Part shown: piece by piece, positions 1 through 12,789 of the stretch | How positions within the stretch are numbered: the stretch's first letter is position 1 | Layout of the letters: each line of letters opens with the position of its first letter | Assembly: GCA_000320545.1 (NCBI GenBank) | Contig: ADNK01002159.1 | Coordinates: 1-64,000 of the forward strand | Direction: 5' to 3' | From: Bigelowiella natans CCMP2755 | Lineage: Eukaryota; Protista; Cercozoa | DNA length: 64,000 nt | The notes under the pieces: model-generated | Told to the model about the DNA's origin: nothing | Seen by the model: only the letters and a program-made list of their open reading frames with translations | Database searches by the model: none | Position numbers and translations under genes: made by a program

Positions 1-414
1 CCCCCCCCCCGCGCCCCCCGCCCTCCCCTCTCTCTCCCCTCCCCTCCCGCTTCTCGCTATTCCGTGTTTCGTCGTCGTAAACTGTTTGCTGGCATCAGGT
101 AGTAGGTACTGGACCGACCTGTGCATTGCAAAAGGCGTAGCGAGTAAGGAAGGGTTCTGAGCGTTCCCGTGGTGGTTGAATCACTTCCGTCTAGAATGAA
201 GTCTCTGCTGCTGCTACTGCTGCTGCTGCTGCTGCTTTGTCGTTGGTGGTGGTGATGGTGCGGAGATGGTGATGATTGTGGGGAAGCAGGAGAGGAGGGC
301 GTGTACACGATGACGGAGAGGGTACTTGAATAGCCCCCGTCGCTCTGGGAGCCTCCGTAAGAATACACGTGCTTGCTGGAGGGGTCAAAAGACCATGCAG
401 GCCCTTTAACCTAG

Positions 415-453
<39 letters not shown>

Positions 454-932
454 ATCTGTGAGAGTGTGCGCGCGTGTGATTTGTGATTGTTGTGTAATGA
501 TCAACGTGGTTATGATAATGATACTGTGACTACATAATGACGATAAAGCGAGATGTGGGAGGATATTAATATGACTTGTGGGACATAAGGGAAAGATGAT
601 AAGAAAAGCCAGGAATGAATTGGCTTCTTTGCCTTTCAATGGACCCCCTTCCCGTCTTCTCCTACTACCCCTCTCTCTTACGCTATATCGCTATAAGACC
701 ACCACCGCTCTCTTCTTTGTCCATCATTGAATCATCACTACCTTAAGAAGAGGGGAGTCGGAGGAGGGCAGATTCTGCAGCCTCCTTATCGCCCATTCAC
801 GCGATGTAGTGTTGAAGCTCCAGACGTCATCGAAACAATCCTCCGCTAAGCGCATCAGCAGGCATGAAACGATGGTGATGAGAGGCATTCAAATGGCACA
901 CGCACGACATGCTATGGATACTGAGACATGCA

Positions 933-972
<40 letters not shown>

Positions 973-1161
973 ACACATAGGGGAGATTTGTACTATGTGT
1001 ATGTGAACACGTATTTTTGCAAAGAATGATTCCACCATCTGCGCCTAACGGGCAGCCTCCGATAGATATAATCGAGTCTTTGAACGCCCAAGCACGAACA
1101 TACTCGCGCTTCCTAAAACCCCATTTAAGTGAAGGAAAAAGAGGTTGAAGGCGATAACAGT

Positions 1162-1204
<43 letters not shown>

Positions 1205-2140
1205 ATCGAAATGAATTTTTGATCATGTGTGCTAACAATGCGCGTCGTCTCTTTTCACAGTTAGGAAAACGACCTCATTTGCATGAGCTGCGCAAGGCTT
1301 AGGGCTTCGGAACGTGGTTTCCGTGGTTTCATCCTTCCCCAGCGAAAGCAGCGATCTTCCCACTTATCCACCTGTCAATGTTTGGTGAGAACAGCAACGA
1401 CTTTTATTCTAAGCATATGTTTTTTTTTATTCCAACAAAATAAGTTAGTGCGTCCTTTGATATAAATTCTCAATCCCATCCATTCGTATCCGACTGAGAG
1501 GGCAAGAAAAGCAGTACTAGTGTCTCTTGGCCTCCCAATCGAACGGAAGTGGGCCGCCGAGGCCGAATCAAGACAAACAGTACCTTGGTGGAACGTTCCA
1601 AGCGATATGCCTCGGCCTTCCTTCGCATATTCGTCAGCGTTGCCTTATGGCTCACTCTCGATGCATGGTAAATGGTGAGGGCTGATATTTATCGTGCATT
1701 GGTAAAACCATTAGACATTGTTCTCCTGCTTATCAGTGCGGAACGTTGTTTAATCTAAATGTCGATGATGGGGGACAACCTTCCTCCTCCCGGTCACGTG
1801 CAAATGCCTGGCCGAATAAGTACGTGGCGGCCTCGCCAAACTGTGTAGCTGCATAAGCACTTGCACCTAACATTTTAAGGGCATCATCAAAAATGGGAAG
1901 AAGGAGGATGGGGCGCAAACCAGAAGCACCGAAGTAAACGACCTCTATTAAATGTTGCGTTGAGCTGGAGGTAGGAAGGGGCTGAGGGGGAAGCAACCGC
2001 CCCTTTGTTAGGGCCGCCTCCTACCACACTTCCGAGCCAAGCAAGTATCGCAACGGTGTGCATCATAATGTTGCCTCCGCCACCTCCTCGTTCGTGTTCG
2101 AGACGTCGTAAGCAGTTTCCTCCTCCTCTCCTCGTTCTGA
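1..2140 (-). CDS. Kelch-repeat protein (multi-exon; 3' end runs off the window, start uncertain)
   Basis: Spliced exons give KREYVRAWAFKDSIISIGGCPLGAD (~1035-1112), EDCFDDVWSFNTTSREW (~742-845) and VKGPAWSFDPSSKHVYSYGGSQSDGGY (from ~410). These carry the Kelch GG and DVW..W motifs and have GT-AG boundaries. Confidence 0.6.
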
Positions 2141-2219
2141 CAACAAATTTGAAAAAGTTCAATCTCCAGCGGGCCAGTGATGGTAGTGCCGAATTGTTAA
2201 ATATTTGCTTTTTATTTGT

Positions 2220-2915
2220 CGCCGTTCTGCTCTGCTCGGAGATTGTCCAGAGATTTTCCGATCGACTCCCAGGCTAGATCCCTCTTGCATTGTCGCAGGC
2301 GCGAAAGCCAATGGGGTTTCGCAGCTTCGCGCCGGAATCAAGCGCTTTGGGATGATGATCCTTGCTAGCTTGGGATCAGCTGCACCATTGCAATTGCTTC
2401 ACTCACTCACCAATGCATTTGTTCAATCATTCAGCAAAGAGAAAAGAACAAACGAGGGGCAAAGTCAACATTAGAAGCCAAGTTGGTCACAAAAAAACGA
2501 ACAGCTGAAGAACCCCCAATGACGTTTGTTCTAGCGTTGCACGCAGGCTGGCAGGCTGCAAACTAGCTGCAGTGAATGCTTTTGAACGATTGTTTTTGTG
2601 GAGCCAGACAGGACACATGCACGCTGTCTAGCTAGGCAGGCTTCGTGCTTGATCGGGACAACTAGGCAATGCAGATGCCGCACCTCTGTGCTCTGGCCGT
2701 GAGCGGTCCACACACGCTAGCACATCCATTTGTGGACGTCAAAATTTGCGTTATGTCAACACATCTAGACATGTGCAATGTTGGTGCTAGATGAGTGCAC
2801 TTTCACAATGCGCTCATGTGCGTGAAGATTGCATCAGAGTGGGTGTGTGCATGCGTGCTGTGCACATCTAGACATGTCTAGCTAGCTAGATGTGACGAGC
2901 CCGTCTGTCTTGCTG
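2220..2915. other. TpA-depleted, CTAG-retaining intergenic island
   Basis: Hand count gives about 16 TA in ~700 nt, 14 of them in CTAG. Rich in TGCA, CATG and CACA. Confidence 0.75.
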
Positions 2916-3172
2916 CTACAATGTGCAGCATGCATAGCACAAGATATGGCACACACATTTCCGGTGTGCGTGGCTACGTGTGCATGACGCATGAGCGTTG
3001 CATGCAAGCAATATTAATAATTTGGAGTCCTCTGTTACAAGAAAACATCACGAACATCACAACTGCTAGACTGGCATGGACGTATGCTTTACATGACCAG
3101 CTAGCAAGGTGTTCCTTCACCATGTAAGCCGTCTGCTATCATTTACATTTATCGTTGGCTGATCAACTAATG

Positions 3173-3291
3173 TTACACACGCACTTTGTATTCTCCTGAA
3201 CAATTGATATGAATGCGGGCAAGGATAGACATATAAGTGTGAGAAATAGGTGCATCCTTGAGGTAGACAGATGATGGAGAAGGTGATGGGA

Positions 3292-3332
<41 letters not shown>

Positions 3333-5330
3333 TATAAATCGTGTGGATACCATGTCGCTGACGCCTGAAGGAGACGTCCTTGTGGTCTGGACGGGAGAAG
3401 AGCTTCCCGGCAAGATCGGCAGCGCGCTCGTAAGCGGTTTGTTCTCTAAGTCGCGAGGATCGTAGGTGAGAAATTTAATGTTGTGCGCCATCACCTGAGT
3501 CAACTATATACACACGCATACAAAAGCTTAGCCAAAACAGTTTGGCAGCTTAAATTGAACAATAATGTACGAATTCATGAAAAAAACAAATAAACTATTA
3601 TTTCACGAAGTTCCGACGATATTGAAAACAAGCTGCTGCTACTGCTACTCATACTAGTAGTAGTAGTAGTAGTAGTAATGGTAGTACCGGGAGTGTGCCT
3701 GTTGGTCTCATGGGCCGCTCTTCTCTCTGCCCTAACGGAGAGCAATGAGGATCTAATCCTGATAATAATAATTATGATGATGATGATTATTATCATTATT
3801 AATCACTATAATGATGGCGGTGATCATGTTCAAGAGATTGTGAATGTGATGAAGATGATAGGTAAAGATACTCGCACTCTCTCTCTCAATTCAACTTACT
3901 TCTCAATCCATCGTTGACCGGCGGTAATCGTAGGTACTGGCAAATTCGGTTACCTGAGAATCAAATCAAACAGTGAGAGAGAATAATTGATTGATTGATC
4001 GGTTACTCATGACGATGAGACCGGAACAACCAATGAAACAACTTGAAACACAACAAACGAGTAAAGGGGAATCTATTTCCCCGATGAAGAAGATAAAATT
4101 ATCATTTAACATAGTTATATGTTGTCTATTTAGATGCTTTACGAAACAAGTTTCTGCATTGTGATCGATAGAGATAGACGCAGCAGGTCTCTTCTTACTG
4201 TCCTACTCTTCTCTCTTCCCCTCCTTCCCTCACTTACATCGATGGCATTCAAGGAACTTTCGTATTCCCTAAGATAATAACAAAGGGCGGTGAGTACCCA
4301 TGTTTTTCATTCAATGCTCAAGGGGAGCGGGGAGAGGGGGGGTGGCATGCTTGTGGATCCTGATTACTTCTTCATTCTCAACCTCCATCCCCTCCCTCTA
4401 GTTCCCACCCACCCATCCACACACACGCACATACATTTATTATTTCTTTATTTTATTTGCGACCTTCATTCCAAGATTGCCTTTTCCGTAGCCCTTACCA
4501 GATACTGAGTGTACCTATTGTTATTGAAAATATATTTTAATATTGCTCTTTGCTCTGTTTACGTTATCTGTCCTTGCTGCTCCCTTAAAAAAATGCCTCG
4601 GCCAGATTCGATGCGAATGCAAGAGGCAAGATTCCCTTTCATTTTGTTTTGGCACGGGCAGGAGAACTACTGTCGCTCTCTTAACCAAGCGCGCATGTGC
4701 ACGTGTGCATGTACGTATGTGTGTATGTGTGTATGTGTGTGTGTGTGTGTGTGTTAATGCTTCTGCAGGCATGTGACAGTGAGTATGTGTGTTCGTCATC
4801 ACCTGCGGGTCCGTGTAGAGGTCAGAGACTCCTTGGATGTCCACGAGGAGAACCTCCCCGTTGCTTATGTGCCACGAAAAATGCGAGAAGGCCTTGGTTA
4901 GAGAGAGGGGGGGGGAAAGGGAGGTGGAGCGAAGAGGGAAACAGGGGGAGGGGGGGGGGGTCGACAATCATTACGCCTTCTCCAAGTCTAGTGAGGAATG
5001 ATGTACATCATCAGTCAACGAAAGAGGAGTAGACAGAGGGAGGATGATGATGAAGTGCTCTGCGGCAACTATGAATAACTTTAAGCTCCTCCTCGAGACT
5101 AATCGTTTCGTTTTTCTTTTTGCGTTATTGCAGATAACTCATGGGTTGATTTCTACTGATTTATCTCCGGTGCGACCTCACCTGCGGCGTATTCCTCTCC
5201 TCTTCGTTTACGTAACCATAGTTACTATTGTGCTTTCTGGTGATTGGTGGAGAGTGGGTTGTGGGGGGTGGGGGGAATGAGCAGGAGTGGCTACAATCTT
5301 ATGTGTCAGATATGTTATCAGTGTGCGTAC

Positions 5331-5402
<72 letters not shown>

Positions 5403-7704
5403 AGAGGTGGAGGGGGGGGGAGGGGGGGGGAGGGGGGCGGGCGGAAAGAGGAGGGTAGACACTTATTCCTGTGAGCATGCATGATGCATTTAAAAGCCCT
5501 GCAACAAGGCTAGCCTTTTAAGAAGATATTATCACCGATACGGCCCACTGATGTAACGTTCAACGCCGCAGATGGGAGCGCCTTCGCGTTCCTCTAACTC
5601 GACGACAAAAGCATCCAAGAACTGCACCTGTGGGTGTTGTGGGAGAGCATCATCGATCAGCTGCCACTCCAAGCTTTGCAATGCTATATGATGACAACAG
5701 CGCTGTGGGGAAGTTGCTGCAGGCCATGGATCATCGCCAATATAATAATAATTAGCATTCGTGAGGTTTGTACAGCAGGCACACTTTCGTCGAAACACCA
5801 CTGCGAGACGGCCTATACTCCGATATGTAGTTCTTGTTACATAAGTTGCCCTCATTAACTTACACTAGAACTAAGCCCACCCCGATTGCCACTACCATTA
5901 CCTGTTTGGGGGGGTTGCAGCGGTTGAACCGTTCCGCTATGTAGCCTGCTAAGCACTGCATTTCCACATCCCTTCGTAACAGCAGCACGATCACCATGAA
6001 CATTAAATAAAAATCAGAAGATGTCTGGCAGCTTTTACGAAGAAAACGAAAATGTCAAAGAGAAGGAGGGGGAAGGGCAACGATAATCTGCTTTCAGCTC
6101 CTAACTATGCAGTTTCGCTTTGCAGTCTTTTCCTATCATCGCCATCATCAATATAAACATGAGAAACAGCGACAGCACCACCCGTGTATAGTCCTCCTCC
6201 TCCTTATCATCACTACCTGAAGTATGCCTCCCGATTTATCTGATCTTCCGGGTTGAGGGAGATCTTGGCTACATACGTGCGAAAGCTCGCTTGTTTCTGG
6301 TCCACGCTCTCGCCCGCTACCACCACCTCCCTCTGCTTCTTCCGCTTCGCCTTTTTCTCCTTCGTATCCTTGTAGTTGCTGGTGGAGGGGGAGGTGCAGC
6401 TGCTATTATTAGTGACCTGAGGGGCGGGGGCTTGATGGCGACCGTTGGTATCGCCCAATGCCGCCCCCACCCCCCTGCCGAGTGAATCACCCGCAGTACG
6501 GATGCTGACGTTGCCACAGTCGTGAAAACTATTGCTTCCTACTGCACGGGGAGATTCCCCGCCGGGGGCACTCCTCCGAGCCCCTCGCCATCCTGCAACG
6601 AAAGGGAGCGTAGAGATGGTTAGGGGCGCGACTGCAAACAATGCCAACGATAACAAGCTAGACGCAAAGAATAATGACGACGACAACGATAATGATGGTG
6701 GTGGTGGTGGTCCTTGGGTGTTCACACTTCAGTGACGTTGATGCTACTACTATTACTAGAAGGAGTTCTACTACTACTACAGCACAACTATATAATCAAC
6801 TAGGAATGATGATACAGCTAGCTACTTTTACACCTACCCCCAGGAACTGAAGCGTCGCTGGTCACACTGACAACACTTCCGCATGTGACTATTCGCGTGC
6901 TGCTGCTGTGTTCTTCGTCGCTCTTTTCACCGAGTAACCGTGTTCCAGGGGGCATGAGGCTACTAGGACAGTTGGAGGGAGGGGAGTGCGAGGAGCTTGG
7001 ATTTATCTTCGTTCGATAGCGATTGTTGCTATTGCTACTACTACTACTGCTGCTGCTACTGATTTTATTCTCTCTGTTGCAAGAAGAGGCTATTGACGGT
7101 GTCGGAATAGCTGCTGTTTTCTTATGCTTAAAATCAGGAGCCCCAGCCACACTGTCCTCTTCTATCGTCTCTCCAGTTGGTAATGGCCGGTGCAATGGCC
7201 GACCACCATTTCTTGATCCTTCTCCGCTCTCCTCCTCCTCCTCCTCCTCCTCGCTACAGATGCGCATATGGTAAGCAACCCGTAGAGCACCCTAGATATA
7301 GGATACCGTCATACAACGTTACACGCTGTCAATAATGAAACCATTATGGAAAGGCACTCTTATCTACAAGACTCATCCTTTTTTAGATGCTGATATTTCA
7401 TTTTCTTCTTCTACTACTACTACTACTGCTACTACTACTACTGCTGCTGCTGCTGCTGTAGCTTCTACTATGACATTACTACTATTACCCGTGCGAACGG
7501 GGTGGCATCAAGCTGCACGCATATGCGTTTCTTTGACCATTTGGCTCTCTTGAGATCGTATGACCATTTGGTCGCAGTCTCCCTTTCCACCCCAACGAAG
7601 TCAGGAGGAGGCCTAGCCACAATCGAACTATCTATAGTCGTTTCCCTGATATCACAAAGGCGAGTTAGGAAAACCGTCTCGTTCCATCTAGTAAACGGTC
7701 ATTA

Positions 7705-7741
<37 letters not shown>

Positions 7742-8079
7742 GGGGGGGGGGGGGGGTGGGGGTGAGAGAAGGTGTTGAAATTTATCCAATGGTTACATCC
7801 GTTGGGTAGAAATTTGTGATGCAGAAGGCGTTGAGATGGTGGTCCCCGTTAGCTCATCAATCAACTGCTTTAGCCGTGCTCGGTACTCGGTTTTCGTGAT
7901 GAAACCCTTTGAGAAACAAATAAGCTTTCTATTATGATAGCTAATAATTTATCCTTTTAAAAATTCTTAGCTTATAAATCATTGCATCTTGAATTAATGT
8001 GTTGCCACTGTTTCTTCGAAACCTGATTGTGCAGCTCTTTTAGAGCCTGAAGATTCTGCCATTTTGTGTCGTTCTCCAT
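3173..8079 (-). CDS. Alpha-kinase (eEF2K/MHCK family) with N-terminal SHOCT-like motif, ~15 exons
   Basis: Phase-consistent exons: PFAR|GALRVAYHMR, YVAK, DVEMQCLAGYIAERFNRCNPPKQ, VERYISGPYR|KHNSNYG, RNTPQ|AFSHFSW..LLVDIQGVSDLYTDPQ, GYGKGNLG, HR|CNRICQYLRLP. These cover the alpha-kinase subdomains and the Zn motif. The last exon is uncertain. Confidence 0.92.
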
Positions 8080-8539
8080 CTGAAACCAGCCCACCTTCAC
8101 AATAAATGCAACATGAGTGAAGGAAAGTGAAATAGATAATTGTGTGAGATTCGTCTCCAAAATCTGGTAGGTCTAAGTACGAGGTACCGCTACGAAGTAG
8201 CTCTAGCCTGGCCTACTTTCTGAGAGGATGAGAGGAGAAGTTGGCTTTGAAACCCATAATATTTTTTATCTACGACAATGGAAATCTTGTGTCGCCACTC
8301 TTAAGTCAAAGGGAATAATAAAAATAAAATATGCAGGAGTTTTCAGGGTTCCGACTTGGATTTCTTATCGTAACCACAGATTGCAATGCTGGCGAAAATA
8401 TAAATTCTAATGATTATAATATTATTGCGGTAAAACATTTCATGTCGCTGTCGATAGATCTACAAATGAAGACATACGACTGTAGCGGCGTCATATATTT
8501 TTTTAACATGTCGTTCGTCTCCTGCTATCAAGTTCTAAA

Positions 8540-9130
8540 CACCATTGTCTTATCTATGCGACAACATCCATGGATCCATTCTGTCTTTTTTCCACCCTCG
8601 TTCCCCCTCCACAGTGGCCTTTTCCACGAGAAAAATCTCTCTACACGAGAAAAATCTACGAGCAAAAAAGTGGTTTGTCTAACGCCATTTTTGTATGTTT
8701 TGAGTTCAAAAGGATGATGTCTTCCCAATGCGACAATTTATTTATTCTCTTTTTTCCCTTATTTCCCCTTCTCCACAGTGGCCTCTATTGGTAGTCTCTA
8801 CACGAGAAAAACCTACAGTTAATAAAGCGGTTTGTCTTCGGCCATTTTGAGTTCGAAACGTGCATACCTTTTCCCTGCGACAAAATTCTTTGTCTCTTTT
8901 CCTCACTATTTCTCCTTCTCCACAGTGGCCTCCTGTCCACAAATTGAAATTGAAAATCGCTATTCTTGAGTTGCAATAATTGACTTTGGGAGAAGCATAG
9001 TTCGTCATTCGTGAGAGAAAGTGATTGTCGCCAACGGAGATTGCGCTCCGTTTGCGGGAATATCGGCATGAATAGCAGAGTTTTTATTCTCGTTTTCTTT
9101 TCTCTTATTCTCCTCCTCTTTCCACGGGCC
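8540..9130 (+). repeat. Degenerate tandem repeat (~150-200 bp, 3-4 copies) in a divergent promoter
   Basis: A pyrimidine tract plus CTCCACAGTGGCC occurs at ~8607, 8771 and 8918, with a degenerate copy at ~9119. The blocks TCTCTACACGAGAAAAA, GGTTTGTCT, GAGTTC and TGCGACAA also recur. Confidence 0.75.
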
Positions 9131-9199
9131 GCGCAGGGGTCGGTGGGGTGGCGAATTATGCAGATCAAGTAAAGCTGCGCGTTATATTCATATCTATTC

Positions 9200-9490
9200 A
9201 AACCAAACTTCTAAGGGAATGACAACTCCCTCCGCGTCAAAATCGGATGAAAGCTATCAACCTGGTCAGACAGAACCTTCAAAGAAGATGACAACTCCCT
9301 CCGCATCGGAGTCTGAGAGAGGCTTGAAACCCAATCAGACAGAACCAACTAAGGGAATGACAAATCCATCCGTATCGAGATTGAAAAGAGGCTTGTATCC
9401 TGATCAAAGAGAAACTTCTACGAGAATGAAAACTCCTTCTGCACCATCGTCAAAATCGGATAGAGGCTTGAAATCTGGTCAGACAGAAAA
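9200..9490 (+). repeat. 69-nt coding tandem repeat (4 x MTTPSAS..RGLKP.QTE)
   Basis: Visible in the ORF 9219 translation and in the DNA. Confidence 0.85.
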
Positions 9491-10877
9491 CGACAGAGAT
9501 GCCCTGGGGCTCATGCGAGAATACACCACAAAAAGCCCTTCAGAGTCTAAAGTCAGTCAGATACATTTTAGCTCGGAAGTGCTCAAAGGGAGGGTTGATG
9601 CTCTTAAAGCCTGGACGGAATGGAAGCGAAATCCGAATCTATCCGTGACGGAACAGCCTTCAGATATATCTTCAAGCTTTGGGAGAGACCCACGCGATGA
9701 AGAACGACCACGTTTCTCAGCTCCTAGCTCCGCGTCACGGAAACGTGAGATGCAGGCGCCATATCAAGAAAATGTTCAAAAACTCAGGAAGATAGAGCGA
9801 ACGACTGCCATGAATCAACAAGTAGAAAGAGCCTGGGCTACAACCACTACCAGCATGGTAGAATATTCGACTAGTAGTGAGCATGAAGTTCCTAGTTCTT
9901 CTTCAACCCATTCAAGTAGTAACAGCTATGGTGGCTATCAACCATATAATTACATCTATCGAGAACAACAGCCTCCTCCAGCAGGGTCACAGCAGCAGCA
10001 CGCAAATATGCATCGAAAGGAGGTACAGCAGAAGCAGGAACAGAAGGCAGAACAGAGGATTCAATCTTCACATTTTCCTTGGAAACCGCGGCAGTACACA
10101 CGTATCCGCCTACCATCACCTCGGACTCATCCTGCGGCCCAACCATCAGGTTTATTAAAATAAAAACCCGCATTTAATAAAGTAGACTACATGATGTCAA
10201 TAATTGTTCCTTTTTCCTATGGCCATGAGAATATCGTGACAATGAGAAATAATGTGTGTGAAAACAAGGGTTTCTTCAGCGTCGCTGGAGGTTCCATGCA
10301 ATAATTTATTCTCAAATTCTATTCTCCAACAGGGAAAGCAGAGGCATCAATGGGGTACCCCAGAACATCAGCGGCGGAAGCGACGGAAGGCCGCCCCGTC
10401 ATTACTCTCCCTCTTCCCTCTCCCCACACTCCTCAACTGGGCCCCGATGATGAACCTTCCTCTAGCAATGCCATGCCGCATGCCGTACAATATCACCAGC
10501 ATCCGATGCAGCAGCAGGAGGAGGAGCAGCAGCACCACCAGACTGGCCAACACAGTCACCTCCATCGTCACCACCCCCAGAAACCGATGTCCTTCGATAG
10601 AGTAAACTTCTATCCCGCTTTTGTGCCACAGGTGCAGCCTGCTGCAGCACCGGCTGCAGGTGCTGCCCTGATAAGAGGACATGTCCTTCAACAGCAACTT
10701 CACTATCTCCCACGCCCGCTCCCGGAACAGCAGATTATCTATATTCCTCAAGTTGCAGTACCACAACAAGTTCAGAGAAGTTTTTGTCTGTCATTCTTTT
10801 ACCCCTCCCCTCCCCCCCCTTCTCTCTCTCCCTCTGCCCCTCTCTCTCTCACTCTCTCCTCTCTCTTCCTTGCGTGC

Positions 10878-10913
<36 letters not shown>

Positions 10914-11916
10914 GATAATGCGGATAATAGCGGAGGAGGAGAAAGAGAGTTGGGGGATGAGTGAGAGGACTACCGAATTGCTCCGTGGTTCTTGGGCATG
11001 ACAAGAGCAACAACTACTACTACTACTACTACTACTACTACCACTACTACTAATACTACTACTATTCAACAGCGGCCAAGTCTATGGAATGAACAGCCCC
11101 ATCAGCCACTCGTTTACCACGCACCGCAGCGCCTAGCTCTGCATCGCATGCTTGGTGTCCAGTGTCAACCTCCTCCGTTGGTTGCCGTTCCGAATCTTTC
11201 TTATCTTCCGAACGTCCCTGATGCCATTCCGCAGAATCTCAACAACATCGTTGTCCTCCCAGCAGATAACGCGTACGCAATTAATGCGTATGCCTCTGTA
11301 GATCATCGTATCCCCCCCAATCTCCAGGGGCCTAGAAAGGTAGCGAGGCGATAATATACGTCACTATCACTGATGCTGTTTGGTGATGATGCGTCTGCTG
11401 AGTTTGAGGATGAGGTCGGTGTGTAGTAAAAATTGAGAGACTGTGGGTTAAAAAGACCCCTAGCTCTCTTCTCTGCTTGACATATGAAAGCGAGTCACAT
11501 GTCGATGGCTTAAAATGATAGATTGCATATGCTGTTGTTGCTGCTGTTGGTGGTGGTGGTGCCTCTTTCCTGACCTCGGTTTCTCTACTACACAGGGTGG
11601 TGGGAAGGCGCCCCCCCTTTCCAATAGCAGCTGCCATCAGTGCAAGAAGAGGATAACTGCGTGTCACTATTGCCAGGAGCCCTTAAATGTCATGGTATTG
11701 TTGAACAAAGAAGCAAACATCAACCTGCACTACCACCAACAAACAACAACAATACCACAAAACTGTGACGCAATGCAAGAATATCATCGATAATTCCTGT
11801 AACTGGCCAGACTAATTGTCCGAAATGTGGGAACGCCGTGTGCATGTTCTGCACCAACAAGCTGAGAAATGGATTTGTGGTAAGAAAGAGAGAGGGAGAG
11901 AGAGAGAGGGAGAGAG

Positions 11917-11975
<59 letters not shown>

Positions 11976-12158
11976 CGTGCTATTATTATTGTAACAGTCT
12001 ACATATGATTTTGGTATATCCTTTAAGCGCTGTAAAAAGAAGTACTGCTTTCGATGCTTGAGGAAATCTTACGACGAGAGCATGACCAACCTCTCCAACA
12101 TGTACCTAAGTCTAACCCCCCTCTTGCACACCCTTTACCCCCCCCTCCTTTCTCACTC

Positions 12159-12197
<39 letters not shown>

Positions 12198-12441
12198 ATT
12201 CCAATCTCACCGATAAACACACAAACACGAAGAAGAGAGAAGAAAAAATGTCCCAACAACTAATCCAATGTGTCATCGTCGCGATGTCTCTATCAGAACG
12301 ACATGGAAATGTCCTTCCTGCCGCAACATTTGCGTGTGTGCCGCATGTAAACGTATCCGCATAGCCAAAGGAAAAGCTCAGAACAATCACGAGCACACAA
12401 GTAGCTCTAATGATATGGATGACAAGAAAGCGCCTCGATGA
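9219..12441 (+). CDS. Q/P-rich protein with C-terminal zf-4CXXC_R1 zinc finger, ~7 exons
   Basis: Spliced C-terminus reads SSCHQCKKRITACHYCQEPLNVM|TNCPKCGNAVCMFCTNKLRNGFV|RCKKKYCFRCLRKSYDE..|TTWKCPSCRNICVCAAC, with stop TGA at 12439-12441. The N-terminus has 4 x 23-aa repeats. Confidence 0.8.
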
Positions 12442-12615
12442 TTTCCAGCAGGCTTGATCAACTACTCTACAAATATTTTGCACGTAAATAATGTTGAGAC
12501 TAATACATTTATTTTTAGATCTCTGCTGCATAAATGACTGCGAAACAATTGAAATTGGCAAAAAAAATAGTTCGCACATTGTACATGTGCATCTAGATAT
12601 GTATTGAAAATGTGC

Positions 12616-12657
<42 letters not shown>

Positions 12658-12789
12658 GTGCATATGTGTGTAAGACGTGATTTCACTTTGGCCATTCTAG
12701 CATTACATTTGTAATCGCATGTTGCTAGCTAGCTAGCAGGGCGCGATTGATTAGCACACAATCCATGCTAGCATGCTGTGTGTTTGCAC

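Noticed and set aside
8540-9130. CRISPR-like repeat-spacer array
   Set aside because: Whole units are homologous, spacing is irregular, the context is eukaryotic and no cas genes are present.
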